Of a DNA stretch of 64,000 nucleotides, positions 1 through 12,365 are shown piece by piece. Within the stretch, counting starts at the first letter, position 1. Each line of letters begins with the position of its first letter. Below the pieces are notes generated by a model. The model ran no database searches, was not told where the DNA came from, and saw only the letters and a program-made list of their open reading frames with translations. The translations under genes and the position numbers were made by a program. Source of the stretch: Camelus ferus (Eukaryota); NCBI RefSeq assembly GCF_009834535.1, contig NC_045713.1, forward strand, positions 14,322,001 to 14,386,000, read 5' to 3'.

Positions 1-1159
1 AGGTTCTGCATACACGTGAGCCCGCCTGGTTCTCTTCACCAGAGGGAGTGGGTCCAGTCGCCCCCAAGCTCCCTCACCCCATGTTCTGGCCCTTGGCCTG
101 TGCTCTAACCTAGCATTGCATCCTGAGAACATGTGCAGCGTCTGCACCACGGGTGCTTCCATGGGGCCAGGGCAGGGCTTTGTGCGGAGGATGCCTCAGT
201 GTTTGCTGTGGGATCCATGAAGGAACTCCCGAGAACCCACTCACATACAAGGGTGGACTATGCCACTCACCATGCTTGTGACATCATCTGCACTATGGCC
301 CCTGAGCTGGCGCCACTGTCTGCTCCTCCTCCCCCTCCTCCCCTCCTCCTCCTCTTCGCATTCTCCTCTAAATCCTCCTCTTATCCTGCCTAACCCTGAT
401 CCAAGCAGTGATGCTGGAGGGTCAGTGCTGTCACTCTTCCAATCAACACTGTCCCATTTCTGACCTTCGTTGTTGCTGCGCCAGGACTCAGGGGACGTGG
501 CCCCCGTCACAGCCGCCAGCTCCAAGAAGGTGGGCACCGTGAAAGGGGTCAAGTGTTTTCAGGACTGAAACCAATTTCCCCTTTAGCAAGCCAGGGGCAA
601 GGAATTCATTATGCAACAGAGCTGGCCCTCTGGCATCAGGGAACAGCTGCCAAGGTGGGATGGGACGTCCCCAGCCCAGCCTGGTGGCTTCTCCCTGACG
701 CAGGAAGGAACATTTGCAAAGCACCTGCAGATACACCGTCCACACCCATCTCACGTGTGTCCTCTGAACACCTGTGCTTTTATTACTGACACAGAAAAAG
801 GCAAATCTGCAAACACCCATAATTTTGAAATAGTGCTGTGTGTGAATTTCAACATGTCTGGGACGACTGTAATTGATATGATGAGGTCACAAGCGCTGTT
901 AGAGAGGTGTCCAAGGTCCCTTTCACAGGGAAGGAATACAGTTACCAATAGAAGACAATAAAAATATTGGTGTTTTTTTTCCTCATCCAGGTTAATGGAT
1001 TCCTGAATTGTTCCCACAGATTCCAGGTTAAGAACCACTAAGTGGCTCTCAACCAGCATTCAACATTCAAATAAAAGTAGAGAAGAGGAAAATGTCAGTG
1101 TGCATCTCCCCTAGAGAGAGAGAGACAGGTGGGGAAATCTTTGCTTGGTCTGGGGTTCT

Positions 1160-1350
1160 GAGCCCAGACTTTGCACCCAGACTACTTCAACTTGAATCCC
1201 AATGCTGCCACTTAGTACTGTGTGACCAGGCCAAACCACTGTGCTCTCTGTGCCTCGGCTTCTTCCTTTTCAAATGGGAGTAATAGATGTCCTGTCCTCT
1301 GAGGGCTGCTGTGGCAGGGAGTTTAGGTGGGATGGGGCCAGGCACTGTGC
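1160..1350 (+). mobile_element. MIR SINE
   Basis: Degenerate MIR core (tgtgtgacc...ctctgtgcctcggcttcttccttttcaaatggg). Confidence 0.65.
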
Positions 1351-2306
1351 AGAATCGCCGAGTGTTTGGCTGGTGCAGTTTGACAGATGTGTGCGTGTTC
1401 TGTGTCACAGCACAATGTGTTCCTGTGGGTCATAGTCCAAAATGTTGGAAGTCTGGAGGGCTCTGAGACTCAGACCTTGGCAAGCCCTCTTGGAGATTCC
1501 CAGTTTGGGATGGGAGAAACAAAGAATTTGCAAGGTCTGGAGTCTACATTATTGGGCTATAACAAATGACCATCTTTCAAGAATACTGTCCTTGGCTACC
1601 CTTGGCGCTGGCCTTTGCCGAAGTTGATTACTTGGCTTGGAATGCCCCTCTCCCCTTGTACCCAACTGGCCAGTTCTCACTCAGCCTTTAGGACTTAGCT
1701 CAGATATTGACTCCTCCAGGAAGTCTTCCCTGAAGCACACCCCACCACCGTACCGCTGGGCAAGACTCTATGCACAACACCCTGTATCTGTCCCTATCAA
1801 CACAGATGCCACAACCAACTGCCAGTATCTGCTTCTAACCTGTCCCCCATTGGGTACCCCCAGCTGGACATCTGGCCTCTTTTTAATTCCTCTGTGGTCC
1901 CAGGGGACTTCTGTGGGCCAGGCCTTGACAGACCTATGCTGAGTGAGTGAATGAGTCACTGAATGAATGAGTGGATTCTCTGAGGCCTTTTGCACATGCA
2001 GAGAATCCTGGAATTGAGCCTGGGCAGCACAGGCCACCTGGATGGGATGGGGGCCGGGAGCAGGATGGGGCACCCTTGGAGCCCTGAATCCTCATATTTT
2101 ATGGAATCAACCAGGGTCTGCATGGGCACATCCCTCATCCTGGGCAGAATCACCGAGGCCTGGGGTGTCAGACCCACCGTCTGCCTCATCCTGCAACTCT
2201 GCTCAGTGATCTCCAGCCCGGAGGCCTCACCCCCCACAAGCTCAGAAGGCTCTGTTCGTATCTCAGACTCAAGGACCATGCCTGGATGCACTGTTCCAGC
2301 AGAAGC

Positions 2307-2316
2307 TTTATTTATT
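2307..2316 (-). terminator. ZG16B polyadenylation signal
   Basis: AATAAATAAA on the minus strand about 120 nt after the stop codon. Confidence 0.75.
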
Positions 2317-2434
2317 TGCGGATTCTGATTCAAGGTCTCAATCTAGACTCCTGTGCAGTCAGCCCACAACCAGCCAGACAGCATCACAGGGTAACCCACA
2401 ACCCAGCCCTGCAGACAAAGAGTGACCAATTTCC

Positions 2435-4311
2435 TCAGGTTGAGGCACTAAATGGTTGAACAGTGGTCACCTCTACTAGAGGATAATCCCACTCAAAGCC
2501 TATGCTGGAGATGCCCAGCAACTTATACTGCCCAAAGATTCCAGTGAGCACCTTCTCACTCCCATCAGGTAAGGCAAAAAAGTTCCTGCCACCATTCTCT
2601 CCAAATACAGTCCAGTTATTTTGGTCAGTGTAAATCAGCAAGTACCGGAGGAAAAGCCTGTAGGAGCCGTAGACTGCTGTAATGTGTTCGCCTGGCTGCA
2701 GGAGAAATTCCTGGCACGTCCCACCTGCAACTCCATAGCGTTCACTCCAGGAGGAGCCATACCTCACCTGGATGCTGGGAGGAAAAGGGAACTCTAAAAG
2801 CTCGGGATCCAAGGTGACTCACCAGACCCACGTCCTCTACCCTCACCCCCTGGGCACCAGCAAGGAGGTCAGCCCTGTGACTGCAGTATAAGTCCCTGAG
2901 CACATGACTTTGGGTTTCTGAGACAGGCACGTGGCTCCCCATCCCCTGCTCCGTCTCTTTCAGACCCAGTGATTTGGGCTTTTAACCAGCCTCTCCAGGC
3001 CTCACTTTCTCATCTGCAAAGGGGGAGTGATTTGGAGGGTCGAGGGAGTCACTGACATCTTCCAGCAGGAGAGCTCCACAAGGTGCCCAGTCACCATGAC
3101 CCTCAGGAGGTGCCAGCTGCTCTCATTACTCAGAGCAGGGAGCTGTCCCCTGGCCAAGCTTGGGCTTTTGGAGCCCCAGTCACTGCCACCAGACCAGGTA
3201 GCAGGCCTGAGAAGCAGGGGACTCCCACACTCATGTGGGGGAGCTCCACTCACTCTACCCCTCTGGGCTGATCTGTGGTCTTCCCCAACCTTGGTTTCTA
3301 TCCCCTAGCCTTCCTTTGTCACCTGATCCCACCCACATTCTGTCCCCTTTGGTGCCTCCTGCTCTGTCCCATTCCCTTGCCCAGGTCCCTGGGACCCTAT
3401 AAGTGCAGAGCAAAGATCCACCCCATACTTGAGCAAAACACTCCCCACAACATTAGAGGAATGCCCCTGGACTTGCTGCCTCTACACAATTCTTGTGTTC
3501 AATCAGTGGTCCACTCTGACCCTCACTTCCTCTTCTCTTTGATCGTAACCTGAGAAGACCTTCCCCATGCTTTTCCCATGAGGCATTCTCATACTGAGAG
3601 ACCAGTATTTGTTGAATTGGGGTTGAAAGGAGAAAGTTGGGAGAAGCATCATCTATGCCTCCCTTTAGATCAACCCAGGAAGCAGAAGCCAGAATTGTAG
3701 GTGGAGAGAGAAAGAAGTGGTGCTGGGGTGCAGGAGAGGAAGCAGCAGAGGAAAAGGGACAAAGGGAAGGGATGGCTGGTGTCCACACGACTCTGAGGCC
3801 TCAACTAGCCTCAAAGAGTCATCAGGAACCCAGTGAGGATGTTGGGGGAAGAGGCCCTCAGCCGTCTTCCCCAAGTTCCCTAGGCTGTGGTGTGAGTGGG
3901 AACACAGTGATGTGGCCACGTGGCCTGGTCCTACTCACCTCTTAACTATGCCCACAGCACCTATACACACTCGAATCCCGGTTATTTCATTTGCATTGTC
4001 TTTGGAGGTACTGAAATACCAGCCTCCTCCGGGTCCATAGGTCTCTAGGATGAACGAACCAGGTGAGAGAGAGAAAAAAAGACACAATGATATGCCGGTG
4101 ATCTCTGCCCAGAAGAGGATGGGACAGTCCTGAGACTAGATTTAGTCTGTGACAAGGGCTGGGACCAGACCTCAGGTTCTGGGTGGAGGGAAGTGAGGGT
4201 GACCATCGGGGACAGGGGGGGGATGGATTGGTGGGGGCAGACCCAGCCAGACTTACGTCCTGCCCAGCAGGAGCTGCTCCACAGGAGGGCGAGGGTCAGC
4301 CACAGCAGCAT
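2435..4311 (-). CDS. ZG16B: Zymogen granule protein 16B, jacalin-like secreted lectin, 166 aa, 3 coding exons
   Basis: Coding exons 4311-4257 (accATG, signal peptide MLLWLTLALLWSSSCWAG, donor gtaagt), 4044-3939 (QTYGPGGGWYFST...EITGIRVCIGAVGIVKS) and 2774-2435 (IQVRYGSSW...GIFGQYKLLGISSIGFEWDYP, TGA). Lengths 55+106+340=501 nt with consistent phases. Matches recalled ZG16B motifs. Confidence 0.93.
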
Positions 4312-4500
4312 GGTTTCTAGCTGGGGAGTCAAGAGCTCCTGTAAAGAAGAGGACAGGCCATCTGACTCTTAGTGGCCTCGCCAACCTCGAGGGGCCCCAT
4401 CCATGGCACGGGGCACCATCTTACCTGGCCTGGAGAGTCTTGTGGCCTGGTCCCGGCACTGGGGATTCTTGCGGTGCCTGGTCCCCCTTCCATCTGGCCC

Positions 4501-4506
4501 TTTATA
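4501..4506 (-). promoter_or_regulatory. TATA box of ZG16B
   Basis: TATAAA on the minus strand, about 80 nt upstream of a gtaag donor at 4424. This implies a short non-coding exon 1 (about 4475-4425) splicing to an acceptor at 4339. Confidence 0.7.
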
Positions 4507-7500
4507 CCCTCCTGGGCCCTGTGGGCCCCTGTCCAGAAGGGAGGAGCAGGGGGACAGGGAATAGCTGGAACGTAGGAGCTCTTCCTGGGGGAATCCCCAG
4601 AGCCATCCTGGGGGAGGCTCCCGGACATGCTTAGTTTACTTTCTTGGCCCCGTGGCCTACACAAACAACATGGGATATGAGAGGCATTTATCTGTTACGT
4701 CTGGGTCTCTGTCCTCTGCACCCAGACGTGACCTTGACTTCAGAAGTAAGGGAGTTTCCTGAGAGCCTTTTCCAGCTTGGTCAAAAAGTTTTCAACCCCA
4801 GGGGGATGTAGAGGTCCGCTGTGCCCAGAAGCTTCATGAAGCCCAGGCCCCTGTCTCTTGCAGAACCCGGTTCAGGGACTTATTCAGGCCTGGGCAAAGC
4901 CTTGGGTGCCCCTGGATTTCCCCCTGACCCTCAGAAAGTCGGAGTGGACAGTGCAGTTCTTTGCACCTGGTGCCATGTGGTGGAGACACCCCAGATGCTG
5001 GCCTTTCATGGCCTGTCACTGGCAGACATCTGTGATCTCTCCTTTGTGCTGGGTCTCAACGTTGCTGGGGATGAAATGGACTTAGTGTGCTATGAGGTGA
5101 CCGGCAGCTAGGATGTGCTGACAGGAGGCACAGCAGATGGGGCAGAGGGAGATTCTCTAGGCCCGTTCTTCTGAGAGCACCTGGGGCCAGGATGAGGAGT
5201 CAGAGTTTATCTGGGAGGTTACAGGTGTTTCTTGAGGGCTCCCAATCTGGGGACCCTGCTGGTGCAGTACGTCCAGGCTTTCTGTGATTGGATGGAGCTA
5301 AGGAAGTCAGCAGGACCTCCCTGGCCATTGGGAAGAGCCACAGGGTCACAATCATCAACCAAGGGTGTGATTGTGGGTGTGAAGCTGGATCAGATCAGGT
5401 CGGAATACTGGCGTCCTGCTTTCTAGGCACGCCCTTTGGGGAGCTTAAGTCACCTCCGTGTGCTTCAACTGTCCCCTCTATTACAAATGCAGTCAGCAAT
5501 AGAAGCTCCTTGCAAGGTGCTCTGAGAATTCACTGAGATCCTTCTCCATCCAAGGGCCTGAACACTCAAGTCTTTATGCCTCCAGGCAGGTGCACAGGAT
5601 GTTCTTTAAGCAGATTTTGGAATCGCCTAAAATTAGAAACAACCGACTTGTCCCCCAGGCTGCACGAACGATGACCTCGCTGCGGTGGAGAAATGCACAG
5701 GCTGGAGAAGGGAATGCATCCCCTAGGCTGTGCTGATGTGTGGCCATAGGGGACAGGCTGGGTGTGGACTAGAGTGTCCAGAACACCCCATTTGGTTACA
5801 GGGAGCAGAGGTGCAGAGCATGGCCTGGAGTGTTCACAGCCTCACTTGGGAAGTGCTGGCTCACCAGGAGCTGAGGACACTGCCCTTATCAGGAGAGCAG
5901 GACTGTGGGGTCTGGGGTTGGCAGGGGAAGGCCCTGTCTACTGGCCCTCCATTCCTTACATCAGGGACCTAGGCCAGGGGTCAGCACACTATGGCCCACA
6001 GGCCAGTTTGCCTGTTTTTACACAACCCATGAGCTGATAATGCTGTCTATATTTGTAAATGATTATCAAAAAATTCAAAAGAAGAATTGTAACAAGTGAA
6101 ATACCCTGAAATTCCAATGGCATTGCCCATAAATATGTTATTGCCCATTTATTTGCATATTGTCTGGGGCTGCATCCTAGCAGCAAAGGCAAAGCTGGCC
6201 AGTTGTGACAGGACTTTATGACCCAGAATACCTAAAACATGTGGCCCTTCACCCACAAAGTCAGGATCGCCAGTGGATCCCTATTCCCTTCCCTGGAACT
6301 GATGCAGCCCTGTCCATGGTGCTGGCGGCAGGGAATGGGGAAAGGGGGTTTATAACGGGCTTCATTTAACAACCAGCCTTGAGTGGGGAGAAGGGAGCAG
6401 AGAGGAGCTTTGTCCAGAAAGTTGCACCCTTTCTTCTGGCCCTGCACTGGTCTCCCTGGAAGAGCTCCTTAGGGACTTAGGCTCCCACTGACTCATGTTG
6501 CAAAGATGAGAGCCCCACACCCTGTCCTCCAAAGCTCTTCACCCCACCCCAGCCTGATAAACACAGCAGAGGGTGGGCTGGAAACAGCAGGGTCAGCAGG
6601 CTGCAGAGGGACAGAGAACCCCTCCTGAGGCCCTGGAGTCTCCGGGGCGGGCGCAGGCGGAAGAGACCTAGGGCTTTGGCATGTACAACTCCCACAGGAA
6701 GGGGGCCAGAGGTCTCACAAAGGAGGCTTGTGTTCTTGTCCCAGCCCAGCCTCAGGCACTTTTTCTGGCAATGCTGCCAGTTCAGATGCCATCCTTTCAG
6801 CTGCAGGCTGCCAGGGTTTGTCGCTCAGAATGAAGGTCTGTCTGGGCCAGGAATCCAGGAAGCAGTCCCTGACATAGAAATTGGAGGAAGACACAGTTGC
6901 CAGTCTGGACAAAGAGAGTATGACAAGACTTGCCCAAGGGCACACAGGAGGCACATTTTCATAGAGTACATGACGAGCATGCTTATAAAGAATGCACATG
7001 TACACACGTGCATTCAAAATGAAGGTGTGCACCATGGCTCACATGTGGATGAACCCTAAAACACACACAGCTGCCCAGCTATCCCCACACACAGGGGCTT
7101 GCACTCGCCCCAGACACCCGTGCACACCTATGCTAGAGCTTTTGCACCTGAAGAAGCCCCACCCGCTCGTCCACCCTGGCCCAGTGCTGGCCCTAAGCCT
7201 GCATGGGAGACTCAACACAGGCCCTTTGTCCCCTGGGATCAGAGCTCCCCAGGAGGGGATTTACAAGCATTTTAACCATAATCCCCTCTCTGGGCATGCC
7301 TTGGACCTCCCTCTGCCAGGATCCCAGAACAACTGGAACTCCTTCTCCTGGTAGAGGCAGACGCTGGCCAGGCTGGCTTGTGGGTCAGAGCTGGGTCAGG
7401 GTTGACACCTCTTGTCTCCCTGTCCCTGGCTGTGGGGCTTGGGAAGATCCCCCTGCAGCCTGAGACATAGCAGACAAGAGGGTCTCCATCCCAGCCTACT

Positions 7501-8139
7501 CAGAGCTGGCTGGCCCCTCCCTGCAGCCCTCTGGAGGAAGCCCCCAGCCTCACTCAGAGGCTGGATCCTGTGTCCCTGGCTCTGGTCTGGGGGCAGGTCT
7601 GGCAGTGCTCAGACTCCTGGGGTGAGGTGGGGGTGCTGGCTCCTTTACATGGTCTCATCTTATGCCTTAGACCCTAGAATCAGATGGAGGATCCTGCTGA
7701 GTGAGGGAGGAATATCAGAAGGGAAGGGGCATTTCTGTCGCAGTCCCAAGGGAAGTCCAAATCTGGCCTTTGTGCATGAGTCTGCTTCTGGGTGGCTGCG
7801 GCCAAACAAGAAGGCCCACCCTAAGGGGACAGCTTGGCTGTGCATGTCTGAAGCCCTCAACTCTCCCCCATTTACTCACTTATTCAAAATCTCCTTGGAT
7901 ACCACGCTTTAAGCAAAACATTTTTCTCCACTTTTCCCCAGGAGAGACTCAATGCATTTATTGGAAAGCTAAGACACACAACCACACATTGCATCTAATC
8001 TTTTATGTAATTAAAATTCGATTAGAGCAAGTGTTGAAAATAAAATGAACTATACCCAAGGGTCAAATTGAGAGAGGCAGGATATCTAGGTTCCAGTTCC
8101 CCGAGGCTGCCCTGGCACAAGTGTTTATACCTGGTGTAC

Positions 8140-8400
8140 ATGTCTGCGTGGGCTGCTGTAACAAACACTGCAGACTAGGGGACTTAAACAACGGAGGTTT
8201 ATTTCTCACAGTTCTGAAGGCTGAAGTCCAAGATCAAGGCTCCGAGTCAAGAGTCTGTTCTTGGTGAGGGCTCAATTTCTGGTTCAACCCACTACAGGGA
8301 GTTACCCAAATAGCCTGAGATGTTCCTGGAAGCCCCTTATGAATCCCAGATCTGCTGTATCCTGCCTCCAAGATGCTAGACCCACTGAGTCTATTAACTG
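8140..8400. mobile_element. MaLR (MLT1-type) LTR fragment
   Basis: Motif gctgctgtaacaaa...tttatttctcacagttctgaaggctgaagtccaagatcaagg is typical of MLT1/MST LTRs. Confidence 0.7.
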
Positions 8401-10125
8401 TCAACTCAACCCCATCTGCCTCCCTCTTTGTAAGGCTCCACCATATCGCGGGGATCCAGCATTCCTAGAGAATTCTTCTCTTTGTAAATTTTGTGTTGTT
8501 TTCTAGGGTTTGGAGGTACCTGGGAGAAGCAAACACAAGTGTCTAGGCCTCCATGCTGACGCACACTATTACCCATCCTTCCATCTGCCTGTCCTTGAAC
8601 TTGCCTTTCCAAACAGACTACTGAAATAATATTCAAACAAAACTAGGGTTTTTTCCAGATGGTGGGATTTGGAACATTTTTCTATTTCCTTTTCTTTTTT
8701 GTATTGCTTTGATTTTTTAATAAGATTGTACTAATTTTACAAAGATAGAATGATTTTTTTTTAAATGAGATACACTTTTTAACTTGTAAGTTCTCAGAAG
8801 ATATAAATGTGGAAGCCCTCAGTGTCAAGGACAGTGTGGGAAGTGGGTGCCTCTTACTTTCCTGGCAGAGTGGACTGGGCACTTTCTCCTGGTTTAAAAA
8901 CCTCAAAAACATGAAGCCGTTTGACTAAAGCATTGCACCCATAGAAAAGTTATCCTAAGAAATGGTTAGGAAGGTGTGCCAAGATTTATAAATGAAGATT
9001 TTCATGAAGAGATCACTTTTAATGACAACCTTTTGCCAACAGCCCAAATATCCACCACTAGGAGATTGATTACAAGTTTGGTTCTGGTGATTTTAAGTTT
9101 CTTCTTGACATTCCTTTTGCTGACTTTTATTTTCTAACAAGAATGCATTACTTTGATAATACTCGTAAAGCCATTTTTCCTTTGCTAAGAAGTCTGGTTC
9201 TGCAGAACAATTTCTCCCATCATCTGAAACACCTGTCCAGGGCAGTGGCATGATGAGGCTGATGAGAATGGGCAGATGAGCTGCCCCAGGCAGGGCACAT
9301 GCCAATTCTTCCAGCCACAATCCACCTCTCACATTAGAAGGAAAAACAAGCCCCCTTTATAGGCAAATGGTTTGGTGGCTCATAAGACTCAACAAGGGAG
9401 GGGCTCCTGGGGTAGAGAAAAACGGAGACCCTTCCATGAAGAAGGACTCTACACAGAGAGCCTGAGCAGCTGGAGACAGAATGAGGTGACCGCAACGGGG
9501 AGGCAAGGAGTGGAGGTGGGGGCAGAGTTATCACAACATAGAAATAAGTTCATGGACATAAGCATTGCTTCAGGCACCTTAATTCCCTGCATTTCCATCT
9601 ACCTGCTTTATTTAGTAAACATCCAATGAGGAAATAAGGACACCAGGCCATTTCCCCACTTCTAGATGGACACCTGGACCCTTTGAGCAGCCTGGTCTCA
9701 GCTAACCTGCGCCCCCTCGTGTTGGATTTGGCACATGGCAGGGACAGGTGCTGAAAGGAAGGGAGGCTTCACTGGAGAAAAATTCCACCTGAGAAGATGT
9801 AGGCTGTAGGATCAGGGGATTCTAAAAGAGAGACCAGGGAAACTGACAGGATCCTAGAGACGGTGGGGCAGCCTCTCACACAGCCCTGGTGAAATTCCTC
9901 AAAAGCGAGGGTCCCCTGGTCAAGTAAGTCTGGGAAACGCTGCCTGCTGTATTTCTTCTTCCAGATTCCTGCTGCGTTTTAGCATGTCAAAGTCATTGAA
10001 AAGGTCTGCATCAAAGAAACCAGTTTAACTTTCCCCAAAGTCTGTGATCATAGAATCCTTTCACAAATGAAGTGCATTAACATCCCTGGGAAATAACATT
10101 CCAAAGGAACGCACATTGGGAACAC

Positions 10126-10189
10126 GGCTCAGGAGGAACCATGGTTGAGGAGGAGGGCTCAGGAGGAACCATGGTTGAGGAGGAGGGCT
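10126..10189. repeat. Perfect 30-bp tandem duplication
   Basis: ggctcaggaggaaccatggttgaggaggag occurs at 10126-10155 and 10156-10185, followed by a partial ggct. Confidence 0.9.
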
Positions 10190-10279
10190 GGGCTGCTCCA
10201 GGATCAATTTGGAGGAGACGTGAGACAGAGATCCTGGCTCAGTTCTCATGCCGGGGCCTCAGGGGTCGGGAGGCCGGTC

Positions 10280-10445
10280 AGATGATGATTGTGGTGGCGA
10301 TAGCAAATGCGTCGTGCTTACTCTAGACCAGGTATTACTCTAAGCACTTTATCTATTAACTCGTGTCATTCTGACAGTCTAGAAGGCAGGTATACATTTT
10401 TAGATAGGAAAAGAAATGAAGCTGAACCCTCATCCATTGCTTGTG
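10280..10445 (-). mobile_element. MIR SINE
   Basis: Motifs tgcttactctagaccagg...ctaagcactttatctattaactc...ttttagataggaaaaga. Confidence 0.55.
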
Positions 10446-12009
10446 GGAAAACAAAATTGGTACTCTCCGGCCGCTGCACGCTTTGGGACACATTTAAATC
10501 AAAATAACACCTTCACGGTCACCCACGGGGGTTGGGGGGAGGGTCACCTGATGCCCCGAGGGAATTGACCCTTCAAATGAGAGAAGGCCTCCTGAGAGGA
10601 TGAAGGAACAGACCCACTTGTCTCAGGTGAGATTCCTCAGAGGTAGATGCTGAGGGGAATCAGGTGAGAGGAAGGGAGGGCCAGGGCGGGGTGGGCACGG
10701 CGGGGTGGCTGGCTGCAGCCCCCTTCTCATTCTGAAAGAAGGGCACCGCCCAGAGCCCAAGGGATCCGGCCTAGGCAGGAGGCAGCCGGGCTGGGGGCAG
10801 GGTTCCTCCTCTGGCTCCGCCCACAGCGCCTGGCAAGGTTGACGTGGGGATTTCCTCTCAGGGCCAGGAGAGGACGCAGTTCCAAATGAGCCGCCTGGGA
10901 AGGGCAGAGCCCTTTGGGCACAACCCCTCCTCACCCACCTCCCTGCCCTCCACACCAACCTTGTGTGGGAGACCCCCGAGGAGGAGAGTCAGGGAGAGGT
11001 GAGGCCCTCAGAGGCCATCCGGAACTTTGTGCAGGGGGTCACCCCAGGAATCCCCATGGGGCCAGAATTAGTCCCCACCCTGCTTAGCCAAGAGGTCGAG
11101 TCAATCCTGCTTTGCCCAGCCCTGCCCAGCCTGGCTCCCAGCACTAGCCTACCCTGGAAACCCGAAAAGAAGCGAGGCGTGACTATTTCTTGGTTTTGTG
11201 CACTTATTTGTTGACTGGACATTCTTCCCAATTAGGAGGTGACTTTTTCAAGGGCAGGCCGGGGTCTGTTTGGGTCATTCATGCGTCACCAGCTCTGGAA
11301 GACAGGATTCCACTCCCACCCCCACCACACCCCATAGCAGGCCCTGTGCTGGGCTTAGGGATCCTCAGCCTGGGTTCCGTGTCCCCTCGGGCCCTGGCTG
11401 TCCTGTTCTGCTCCCCCACATCCCCATGTCCCAGATGCCCTCACTACGTGTGGCCACCAGGCTGGGCCTGCCCGTCTTCCTGGTGTTGACTCTGATGCTC
11501 CTGCGCCCAACCCCTGCCAGCCCTACAGGCTCCTGGCCCGGCCCAGGTCCTGGTACTGGTTCTCAGGAAGGGACGAGTCGAGGGTCTCTCATCCCCTCCT
11601 GTTCGCACAGTGTCCTGACGGCTGGGCCTGGGCGAACATGACTGGGCCCTACTGCCCACCTTCCAGGACCTTCCTCCACCCTCCTGTACCCCTGCCCCAG
11701 CCTGATGGCTGATTCTGGCCCCACAGGGAGCTTCCCTGTCCTCCCAGGACAGCACTGCGGGGCTCTCACATGATGAGCCTCCCAGCCCACTGGGGCTGAG
11801 ATGCGGTCCCCTGGTACTTCTGCCTTTGTTGTTCCTTTTCTGACATCCCAGGGAGCTGTGCCTCTGCGGGTAGATCCCATTGAGGGCTCCCTCTCTCCAC
11901 CCTTCTCCTGTCCTCAGGTCGCCCCTGAACCCTAAATCTGCCCCAACTGACGCATGCTGGGTCTGATGCCTGGCGGATCTGGGTCTTAAAGTTTGTGGGC
12001 TAGAATTCT

Positions 12010-12365
12010 GACAAGTACCTAAACTGAGCTAAAAATCCAGGTGTTGGTGGGATGGGTACATTTCTGGAAGCTATGGGGGAATCCATTTCCTTGCCTTTTC
12101 CAGATTCTAGAGTCCACCCTCATTCCTTGGCTCGTGACCCTTCCTCCATCGGCAAAGCCAGCAGTGGCAGATGGTGCCTTCCCACATCACATCACTCTGC
12201 CTTCGTCCTCCGGCTTCTTCTGGTATTAAGGACCCTGTGAGACACTGGCGCACCCAGATAATCTGGGATAATCTCATCTCCTGCCCTGAAGTCTGCAGAA
12301 TCCCTTTGCCACATGAAGTAATCTGTTCACAGTTTCTGGAGATTAGGAAACAGACATACTTGAGT
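12010..12365. mobile_element. MaLR (MLT1-type) LTR
   Basis: Motifs gaatccatttccttgccttttccag...ttccttggctcgtgaccc...ccagataatc...atccctttgccacatgaagtaa...cacagtttctggagattagg. Confidence 0.75.

Noticed and set aside
878-1006. Possible C/D box snoRNA (ATGATGA ... CTGA)
   Set aside because: There is no convincing terminal stem, host intron or recognisable guide sequence.
1-1080. Possible retrocopy or terminal exon (several short ORFs, two AATAAA)
   Set aside because: No frame gives a protein I can recognise, and there is no clear poly(A) tail or target-site duplication.
6825-6960. LCLPP...SWIPG resembling a protease exon
   Set aside because: There is no upstream DIAL motif, and the adjacent sequence is a MIR fragment.
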